IMG/VR virus record: IMGVR_UViG_3300017766_001679
Span: 1-37,270 of that record
DNA: 37,270 nucleotides
Strand: one strand, 5' to 3'
Source of the DNA: a virus
Lineage: Duplodnaviria > Caudoviricetes
Shown here: positions 25,625-32,323 of the stretch, piece after piece
How positions within the stretch are numbered: the stretch's first letter is position 1
Layout: the number at the start of each line of letters is the position of its first letter
Translations under genes and position numbers: made by a program
The notes under the pieces: model-generated
Told to the model about the DNA's origin: nothing
The model's database searches: none
The model's input: the letters and a program-made list of their open reading frames with translations, nothing else

Positions 25625-26775
25625 TGCATGTGTACCGTCTTACCCACACCACTTACTTCATCTGTCGTGATACCCCACAGCGTCGGGCATGACCAACCAT
25701 TACCCCAGTTAGGCACATACCCATCGGTAAGCACGATGGCGCACTCGGCTTTGATCTTCTTCTCACTCATGTAGTCCACGATGCACTGCGGGTTAGTGCC
25801 CCCACCACCTCTCGGTTTGGTAGAGCCAAGCAGATTGTCCAACTGATCTTGCTCGTACTTCTCGTGCTGACACACATCAGTATCCCAATACAACAAGTCG
25901 ATACCCTCGGGCTTGACCCGATCACAAATGTCACGCACCTCACCCAAGAACTGACTGACCTCGTTGGAGCCGATAGAGCCTGACATGTCAATGGCAACCA
26001 CAACCCGACCCACCGACTCACCGATAAGTGATGGCATGTAGACATCATCACCGATCCACCGCCTCGATGGCCTGCGCCAAGTAGACTCGTCTTTGTCCAC
26101 ACAGAAACTTGTTATGAACTCACGCAGAGCCTCGCGCCAGTCAACCTTCGGTGTTAGCACATCACCAATCTCGCGGGGCACATTACCTTTCATCTTGCCT
26201 GCAAGGATCGCACCCTGACGCAACGCCTGATCCACATCCCGTGCTAACTGCTCTTTCTCCTCGGGCGACATCCCCTCGGCAGATTCCCAACCATGCTCGT
26301 CGAACCCACCCTCTCCACCTCCACCACCACTCTCGGCATCTTCCTTCAACATGCGGTACACCGTCCCCGCATCCATGCCTCGATACTTCTCATCAAGCAA
26401 CCTACCTTCGGGTAGTGTGACCTCGCCTGCTCCGTCATCAGCGTCCGCAATCATAAGATTGATCACATAGTCACACGCCATGTTCGCCAACTTAGCCTGC
26501 TCTTTGTAGAGATGCTTCCACACAGTCGTATGCCGGAAAGCCTTGTGCAGATTCTCGTGCAGTATCAGACCCTTCAAGTCAGACTCGGACAATTTATCTA
26601 CAAACTTCCTACCGTATGCCGTGTTGCGCCCATCGGTGTACGCAGTCGGACAACCCTCATCCTTCACCTCCGTCTTACCAATCATTAGCACACCCGAATA
26701 CAGACAATACTTCGGATGCTTCATGAGCCACACATGAGCCTTCTGCACCCGTTGCTCTGCTGTTAACTTACTCAT
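25621..26775 (-). CDS. DUF2201-type metallopeptidase-VWA protein
   Basis: TAYTDG, LILHENLH (HExxH), NMACDYVIN, acidic Gly linker, MIDAS motif IDMSGS, GGGT, IVLTDG. Confidence 0.9.
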   Translation of the reverse strand: MSKLTAEQRVQKAHVWLMKHPKYCLYSGVLMIGKTEVKDEGCPTAYTDGRNTAYGRKFVDKLSESDLKGLILHENLHKAFRHTTVWKHLYKEQAKLANMACDYVINLMIADADDGAGEVTLPEGRLLDEKYRGMDAGTVYRMLKEDAESGGGGGEGGFDEHGWESAEGMSPEEKEQLARDVDQALRQGAILAGKMKGNVPREIGDVLTPKVDWREALREFITSFCVDKDESTWRRPSRRWIGDDVYMPSLIGESVGRVVVAIDMSGSIGSNEVSQFLGEVRDICDRVKPEGIDLLYWDTDVCQHEKYEQDQLDNLLGSTKPRGGGGTNPQCIVDYMSEKKIKAECAIVLTDGYVPNWGNGWSCPTLWGITTDEVSGVGKTVHMQ

Positions 26776-26792
26776 TTATTAACTCCTGTTAA

Positions 26793-27881
26793 TTAAAACA
26801 ACCACTGGTTAGCCAACGCCCAGTCCTTGAACTCTTTGTTCACCACACAGAACGCTTGCTTATTCGGAGACTTCATCACGCTCGTTGCGAACAGAGCCTG
26901 CCACTCCATGTCCATGCGCTGAACATAGGTCATCCACTTGCTCAGAGTATCTTTCTCCACACGACTGATCGCAGAGAACACCATGATGCACTTGGCTATC
27001 GTATCGTCGGGCATCTTCGCTCCCTTCGGATCGTTGATCACCGCCTCCCAACTTGGTAACTTGTCCACCACCGTGAAGAACGCCTGCATATCTCGCGCCG
27101 CACTCTCACCGATAGTCCCCGTGAGTAAACTTATTGTTAGTGCATCACCCAACTCGGCACGCTGTTTAGCGATATGGCTTGCCTTCTCCAACGATCTTGG
27201 TGTCACCACCGCACCGCTACCCGCCCGTGTCGGATTGAAGATATAGGGATTCTCTCGTTGCGCAGGGTCGGTGTAAGACTCCAAGGCATGCGGGAACTGT
27301 TTGACCCACGCGATCACCTCGGGCGACACATCATTACCGATTGCCCACTCGATCCACTCGTCTGCGTTAGGCTTGCGAACCGTCACGAACGCCACCCGAT
27401 TGCGAGCATGCGCCTCCAACATATCTCCGACACCATCTGTTAACAAGTTAGTCGTACCGAAAACGATTGACCCATCCGGCAAGTAATGATCACCGATGCG
27501 ATGCTCCAGCATGAGAGTCAATAGCACATTCTTTACCGCCTTCATGGCTTTGCCGATCTCGTCCAACATCACAATGACTGGCTTACCCTCGTGCATCTTG
27601 AACCTAGCGTTCGGTGCGAACTTCGTTATTTTATTAACACCTGATAACTTATTGTCCACGACCTCGGTGTACGGCAAAGCGAAGTCACCCAAGTCAAGCA
27701 AGGTGCAGTCAATGTACGCCGTCGCGTAGTCGGGGAATTGCTTTTCCAAGACCTTCAACATGGCAGACTTGCCAATGCCGGGTTCGCCCTGCCCGATGAT
27801 AGTTACAGATTGCCCTACCGTACCAATACCCTTAGCAAAATCACGCAGGGTCACGGAACCACCAAAGTTAATTACGCTCAT
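26793..27881 (-). CDS. MoxR/dynein-related AAA+ ATPase
   Basis: Walker A GEPGIGKS, Walker B VMLDEI, sensor TTN, arginine finger RNR, TPRS. Adjacent to the VWA gene. Confidence 0.9.
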   Translation of the reverse strand: MSVINFGGSVTLRDFAKGIGTVGQSVTIIGQGEPGIGKSAMLKVLEKQFPDYATAYIDCTLLDLGDFALPYTEVVDNKLSGVNKITKFAPNARFKMHEGKPVIVMLDEIGKAMKAVKNVLLTLMLEHRIGDHYLPDGSIVFGTTNLLTDGVGDMLEAHARNRVAFVTVRKPNADEWIEWAIGNDVSPEVIAWVKQFPHALESYTDPAQRENPYIFNPTRAGSGAVVTPRSLEKASHIAKQRAELGDALTISLLTGTIGESAARDMQAFFTVVDKLPSWEAVINDPKGAKMPDDTIAKCIMVFSAISRVEKDTLSKWMTYVQRMDMEWQALFATSVMKSPNKQAFCVVNKEFKDWALANQWLF

Positions 27882-28024
27882 TTCTTACCACCTTTCTTAT
27901 CATCATTAAAGGAAATCCATATACCAATACCAATCACAACAAATATCAATACAACAAACCACACCAACTCTTGCGCGGCTTGAGCCGCCATGCCTGAGTC
28001 AACCCACCAATTAGTTTTACTCAT
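27878..28024 (-). CDS. Small single-pass membrane protein (48 aa, not in ORF track)
   Basis: MSKTNWWVDSGMAAQAAQELVWFVVLIFVVIGIGIWISFNDDKKGGKK; ATGA-coupled. Confidence 0.65.
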   Translation of the reverse strand: MSKTNWWVDSGMAAQAAQELVWFVVLIFVVIGIGIWISFNDDKKGGKK

Positions 28025-28161
28025 TTCACCCCCCTCTTATCCATTTCGTTTTCTAATAGCGAGATATAAATCTCATCGCGTACCCCCGTTGATTGCAGGT
28101 CTTTATACAACTCGTAAGTTTTGAGCAACTCAGCATCACTCATTGTTTTTGGGTTAGTCAT
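28021..28161 (-). CDS. Small protein (46 aa, not in ORF track)
   Basis: MTNPKTMSDAELLKTYELYKDLQSTGVRDEIYISLLENEMDKRGVK; RBS AGGAG; coupled. Confidence 0.6.
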   Translation of the reverse strand: MTNPKTMSDAELLKTYELYKDLQSTGVRDEIYISLLENEMDKRGVK

Positions 28162-28297
28162 CCGTCATCTCCTGTTCTTTAATGCAAAACCCGATCTCAA
28201 TCCACCCATCCTCAGTCCGTATCACTTCGTATGGGATGCCTGCTTTTTGCAACGCATCATGTATTTGCTTTTCATTGACTTCCATTCTCTCTGTCAT
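28154..28297 (-). CDS. Small protein (47 aa, not in ORF track)
   Basis: MTERMEVNEKQIHDALQKAGIPYEVIRTEDGWIEIGFCIKEQEMTDD; RBS GGAGG; coupled. Confidence 0.6.
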   Translation of the reverse strand: MTERMEVNEKQIHDALQKAGIPYEVIRTEDGWIEIGFCIKEQEMTDD

Positions 28298-28407
28298 TTG
28301 TCATCCCCTCCCGATATGATGCACGCCAAGAAATACACACAGAACGCTATGCAGATCAGACCTAATGCCGCGTTCAGTCCTTTTAAAACCTCTGCGATCA
28401 CACTCAT
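28294..28407 (-). CDS. Small membrane protein (37 aa, not in ORF track)
   Basis: MSVIAEVLKGLNAALGLICIAFCVYFLACIISGGDDK. First ORF after the consensus promoter; its RBS AGGAG lies inside a palindrome copy. Confidence 0.6.
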   Translation of the reverse strand: MSVIAEVLKGLNAALGLICIAFCVYFLACIISGGDDK

Positions 28408-28454
28408 TTATTAACTCCTGTTAATATGTTCTTTCTTTTACGACTGTTATACAC

Positions 28455-28483
28455 ATTATAACATAACAGCGCACCCATGTCAA
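28455..28483 (-). promoter_or_regulatory. Full-consensus sigma70 promoter
   Basis: TTGACA-N17-TATAAT with a TGn extension. Confidence 0.9.
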
Positions 28484-28503
28484 GCGTTTGAACTCCAACG
28501 CAA

Positions 28504-29541
28504 TCAAACTATGTTATGGATAGCGCCATCCGTCACCTCGACTTCCTCGAGTTTGTGTACCTCACACGCCTTGATGGACATGGCGTACACCATCCGTTTT
28601 AGCGTCTCGAACTCGAACCTGTAGTCGTAGTACTCAATCTTCCTATCACCATGAACCTCTACCGTTGCGAGCCTCTTCGCCTCATACTTACCCCGATGAC
28701 TGAGCAGGAAGCACATCGCCCCCAAATACTTATCCTCGGGACAACTGCTCAGGTATGCGTACATCGCCTTCGGCTCTGCCTGTCCGTAGTACGGGTTCGC
28801 AATAATCCCATCGGGTAGCCCATAGTCGTACATCACACTAGACCACCTGTCCACCACCAAGCCCCCAACTTGTTTGCGTGTCTCGTGCATGATCCACCCG
28901 TCTGACATGGCTAGAAATGTCTTGGCGAAATTCAAAAACGGTTGGAGCGGCTCCCTCGCCCCCTTGGTCTTAGAGCGGTCAATGAGTTTCTTCATCACCA
29001 TGACCTTCTCGACGGGTTGCCATGCGCCATTGACACGGTGGAACTTAATCTCGCCTTGGTTCGGCACGGGGTAATCTGTCCTGCCAACTTCCCCACCACC
29101 CACAACTAGCCACAACTTGCTGTACTTCTTGTAGCACTTAAACGGGCTATGGATATGAATAAACTCGGCGGTTGTCGGGGTAGGCCATGAGTCACACTTA
29201 ATCCCGACTACTCCGTTTGGGTAATACACCACAACTTGTGTACGGTAGAGTTTGCAGGCGATGGCGCCATCCTCGTTTTGTTCGATCAACTCCCAGTCCC
29301 GGCTCCGCTTACCGATGGGTCTGACTGGCTCGGCTCTCCCCCGAATGGGCTTGATGGAGTCGTACATGTTCTTATAATACTCATACAGGTTTGCACTCAT
29401 TTTGAACTCTCTTTCGTCTAATGTTTGTTGCACCGCGTCCAACGCGAGGGTGTTGTATTCCTTTGTACTTATTGCCGCTTTTAACTGATCGTCCGGCGTG
29501 AACTTAAAGTATCTCCACATGAACTTGACCGTCAGTTTCAT
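28504..29541 (-). CDS. Hypothetical early protein
   Basis: 345-aa ORF. An alternative in-frame start at 29400 (MSANLYEYY) has a GAGAG RBS. Confidence 0.75.
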   Translation of the reverse strand: MKLTVKFMWRYFKFTPDDQLKAAISTKEYNTLALDAVQQTLDEREFKMSANLYEYYKNMYDSIKPIRGRAEPVRPIGKRSRDWELIEQNEDGAIACKLYRTQVVVYYPNGVVGIKCDSWPTPTTAEFIHIHSPFKCYKKYSKLWLVVGGGEVGRTDYPVPNQGEIKFHRVNGAWQPVEKVMVMKKLIDRSKTKGAREPLQPFLNFAKTFLAMSDGWIMHETRKQVGGLVVDRWSSVMYDYGLPDGIIANPYYGQAEPKAMYAYLSSCPEDKYLGAMCFLLSHRGKYEAKRLATVEVHGDRKIEYYDYRFEFETLKRMVYAMSIKACEVHKLEEVEVTDGAIHNIV

Positions 29542-29771
29542 TTATTAACACCTGATAACTTGTTTACCACCACCCAATCTAACTGCAAACTAGCGATGGG
29601 CATATCCAAGGCTCGCCATGAGTCGTCATGCATTAACTTCTGCACCTTGACCTTTAGGCTCGCCTCGTCGAACTCGCCCAACTGATACCGACTGGGGAAC
29701 CCCTTGTAGTTACGCCTCACGATCCAGTCCCCGAACCGCACTCGAGCACCCGTTTTTCTGTCGATCAGCAT
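29538..29771 (-). CDS. Hypothetical protein
   Basis: MLIDRKTGARV...; the ATG at 29771 overlaps the upstream small ORF. Confidence 0.6.
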   Translation of the reverse strand: MLIDRKTGARVRFGDWIVRRNYKGFPSRYQLGEFDEASLKVKVQKLMHDDSWRALDMPIASLQLDWVVVNKLSGVNK

Positions 29772-29917
29772 GTCAACCCCCAAGCAAGAACCCCAACTAA
29801 CAGGGTGCATATCGCCATCACCGCAAAGACCACGAACTTAATCGTACCCACCACAAAGACTGTCCGCTTGCGGCGACGCACAAAGAGATCAAACTCTCGG
29901 CTATTTAATGGATTCAT
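29765..29917 (-). CDS. Small membrane protein (50 aa, not in ORF track)
   Basis: MNPLNSREFDLFVRRRKRTVFVVGTIKFVVFAVMAICTLLVGVLAWGLTC: a basic patch followed by a hydrophobic helix. Confidence 0.6.
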   Translation of the reverse strand: MNPLNSREFDLFVRRRKRTVFVVGTIKFVVFAVMAICTLLVGVLAWGLTC

Positions 29918-30054
29918 TTTGTCCCCTTGGCTATCCATATTAGATAGAGCGCGTTTAGCATCTTCAGGCCGCCCATCTCCCGCAACTTCCAGTAAGCGTA
30001 GCGCGTGCCGTGGAACTCGATTAGATGTTTTACTTCGATTGGATTTGTGATCAT
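29914..30054 (-). CDS. Small protein (46 aa, not in ORF track)
   Basis: MITNPIEVKHLIEFHGTRYAYWKLREMGGLKMLNALYLIWIAKGTK; ATGA-coupled at both ends. Confidence 0.55.
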   Translation of the reverse strand: MITNPIEVKHLIEFHGTRYAYWKLREMGGLKMLNALYLIWIAKGTK

Positions 30055-30248
30055 TTGACTAGTCCGCCTTTCTGATTAACACCTGTTAATAAGTTTTTAT
30101 CTTGAATGACTACATAGTTACTCTTGTGCATGGGCACGATGGTGTGCTTGACCTTCTTGGACTCCACTTCGCCACAATTTAGGCAAGTCCGATAGCCAAG
30201 ATCCCAACGGCTCGGGTGTATCCAACTACCGCAGAAAATGCATTGCAT
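30051..30248 (-). CDS. DksA/TraR-type C4 zinc-finger protein
   Basis: CIFCGSWIHPSRWDLGYRTCLNC; RBS GAGG. Confidence 0.7.
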   Translation of the reverse strand: MQCIFCGSWIHPSRWDLGYRTCLNCGEVESKKVKHTIVPMHKSNYVVIQDKNLLTGVNQKGGLVK

Positions 30249-30306
30249 GGGGTCGTTCCTCTCATAAACATAGAAAATTTGTGTTATAGGATGATTTTGA
30301 GGGTTG

Positions 30307-30618
30307 TGTTCCGGGAAACGGAGGGTTTGTTCTGCATTGTTCCGTCTTCGAAAACACGAGATTCTCCATTAAAATCAAAGGGTTAGGTGGTTGGTTGTCG
30401 GCTCTGTTCCATGTTCCATCAAAATAACACCGCGCAAAAGGCTCTCTCGAACCAAACCCCATAGGTAGTTTACAATGTAAACCAGAGCCACAGGTCGTCG
30501 TCTACTTATATATATATATGGAACAATGGAACAATTAAAGAAAAACCCTCTGAGATGGCTTGCCGTAGCCGTTTTTGCCTGTTCCATGCACACGGAACAA
30601 TTCGGAACAGACGGAACA
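30307..30618. repeat. Iteron-like GGAACA/TGTTCC array with (TA)n core; putative replication origin
   Basis: TGTTCC at 30307, 30338, 30405, 30412 and 30580. GGAACA at 30520, 30528, 30594, 30604 and 30613. (TA)6 at 30507. IHF-consensus AATCAAagggTTA at 30373. Confidence 0.65.
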
Positions 30619-30715
30619 GAGCCTGCCGCATTAACATCTGTTAATAAATTGAGGTGCATCATCATCTTCTCCTCTAGGAACTATCATCAAAAAGAATGGA
30701 GTGAAAATTTAGGGC

Positions 30716-30742
30716 AATAAAAAACCCCGACCTGAGTCGGGG
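30716..30742 (-). terminator. Rho-independent terminator
   Basis: CCCCGAC-UCAG-GUCGGGG followed by UUUUUUAUU, downstream of 30764-31279. Confidence 0.85.
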
Positions 30743-30763
30743 CGGGTTGGGTTAACTTGTTTT

Positions 30764-31279
30764 TTACTTGGCGACAACGGCGAGGGCCTGCTTCAAAAAC
30801 CCAAGGGTCGCGACCATATCGAAATCGGCATTTTCTGCCTTTTCCCCGTCTTTGATCAAAGCGGTTATCCGCTCGCAAAATTTCGTTTTCAGGGTTTTAG
30901 GCGTGCTTGCTTCGCTTTCGGATTCTTTGGGGAAAGCATACTTAATGACCCGGGCGAACATGGTGTGCGCGGTGGCGCGTGCGTCTTTTTTAGCCTGATT
31001 CGCGCTTTCCCATTTTGCCCGATTCGCTTCGGTCATCTCATTGAATTCTTTGGAACCCTTGCGCGGTAGATCTAATGCGAGCGCGGCGGCATGCTTTTTA
31101 TCGAGCGCGGGGAGGATTGCATCAGCGATAAACTGCGCCTTAACTTCGGTCAATGCCACCTCGGAACCGTAAAACTCTCGAACACTTGAACCGGCGGTGT
31201 GCCATTTGTTAACACTTGTTAACTCGTTAGAAACGGCGGCGGTAACTTGCTTGATAACTTCGGTGTATGTGGTTTGCAT
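30764..31279 (-). CDS. Hypothetical protein, first gene of the early arm
   Basis: 171 aa, Ala/Lys-rich and helical. RBS GGAG; own terminator. Confidence 0.75.
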   Translation of the reverse strand: MQTTYTEVIKQVTAAVSNELTSVNKWHTAGSSVREFYGSEVALTEVKAQFIADAILPALDKKHAAALALDLPRKGSKEFNEMTEANRAKWESANQAKKDARATAHTMFARVIKYAFPKESESEASTPKTLKTKFCERITALIKDGEKAENADFDMVATLGFLKQALAVVAK

Positions 31280-31658
31280 GATATTTGAAACTCCAGTTTT
31301 TAATAGCGGCTCGCGGGAATCGCTCGCCTAAGTGAATAATACTAAAAACTAGAAATATTCAAAGTGTTTTATTATCACCTGTTAACAAATCGTCAGGCGC
31401 AGACCCCACCGTACCCCGACCCCCCAAAATATGTTTAGTTACCTGCGCTGCCATACACTCAATGATTTGCACATTAGATGAGCGACTTTCAAACAGCCCC
31501 TACCCCCTAGGCATTTTTTGCCGCTAGACCCCCACCCCCTCATTATGGAAAACACCCCCCTTGTCTTTCTGGTTCCATCTATGCCGGGGGGTATATAATT
31601 TTTTCGTGGGGGCGCCTCTTTTTGACGATGGAGGTTATCCAAGTCCCCCACATTTATC

Positions 31659-31687
31659 TTGACAAATTAAGAAAAGGTAGTTAAGTT
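31659..31687 (+). promoter_or_regulatory. sigma70-type promoter for the packaging operon
   Basis: TTGACA-N17-TAAGTT, 36 nt upstream of the 31724 ATG. Confidence 0.65.
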
Positions 31688-31723
31688 CGGGTCCATCTTC
31701 GCCACAAACCGCGATAGGACAAC

Positions 31724-32323
31724 ATGCCCATAGTTGCAACCCCTGAAGTTGGAATACCTTTACCTTTCGATACAACCCCGGAGGAGATAGAGGACTTTCG
31801 GCAAAAGGCCCACGCCTTATTTGAGACGGTTCAAGAACTGATCAAGCAGGGTGCAGAAGTCGCCATCACGGATTCGGACAAGGCCGAGAGCCACAGGATC
31901 GCCGCCGAAGGTAAGTTACCCCCAGTTCGTAGCCTGACCCCCGGGACCATAATCAATCTGGAAGCCATTCTGAGCGAGTGGGACCAAGAGGTTTTGGACG
32001 TAGGCAGGCGGCTAAGGAACTACGTAACCAACAAATTAATTATGGAGTCCGTAGACCCGGACCCCCGCCAGCGCATGAAGGCGTTGGAAAACCTTGGGAA
32101 AATAAGCACAGTCGGGCTGTTCTCAGAGCGCATAGATGTGACGGTGACCCACCGCACGGTGCAGGATATTGAGGCCGAACTGGCTAAGACCTTGGAAATC
32201 TACATGGGCGACGTACAGGATGTGGAGGAGAAAACCCCCACCCAAAGCCTTGCGGAACTAGATATTGACAAAGAACTGGGCTTGGACGATGGATCAGAAT
32301 CTACTGATAAAAGCCCAGAATAA
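31724..32323 (+). CDS. Putative terminase small subunit
   Basis: Directly upstream of and overlapping terL; RMKALENLGK...VGLF motif. Confidence 0.6.
   Translation: MPIVATPEVGIPLPFDTTPEEIEDFRQKAHALFETVQELIKQGAEVAITDSDKAESHRIAAEGKLPPVRSLTPGTIINLEAILSEWDQEVLDVGRRLRNYVTNKLIMESVDPDPRQRMKALENLGKISTVGLFSERIDVTVTHRTVQDIEAELAKTLEIYMGDVQDVEEKTPTQSLAELDIDKELGLDDGSESTDKSPE

Larger units (their letters stand above)
23369..31385 (-). repeat. Ten dispersed copies of the palindrome TTAACAnnTGTTAA (operator-like)
   Basis: 14-bp cores start at 23369, 25443, 26779, 27634, 28411, 29545, 30076, 30631, 31209 and 31372, each with 0-1 mismatch in the arms. Confidence 0.9.

Noticed and set aside
27430-27443. Eleventh palindrome copy (ACACCATCTGTTAA)
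   Set aside because: Only one arm matches (three mismatches), so it was not counted.
30262-30720. ORFs 30262-30462, 30375-30665 and 30526-30720
   Set aside because: They overlap the hexamer array and their sequences look like translated repeats. 30375-30665 has a good RBS, so it is not fully excluded.
23369-31222. Recurrent peptide L(T/S)(G/D/S)VN(K/Q) in several early proteins as a protein motif
   Set aside because: It is the translation of the DNA palindrome. For the consensus, the other two frames contain TAA, and copies also occur in non-coding DNA.
31335-31361. Promoter TTGAAT/TATTAT for the first early gene
   Set aside because: The spacer is only 15 nt. A promoter is likely in this AT-rich stretch but could not be placed confidently.
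23369-31385. Palindrome as a CtrA box or as CRISPR repeats
   Set aside because: CtrA sites are TTAA-N7-TTAA and these are N6. The copies are irregularly dispersed, with no spacer periodicity.
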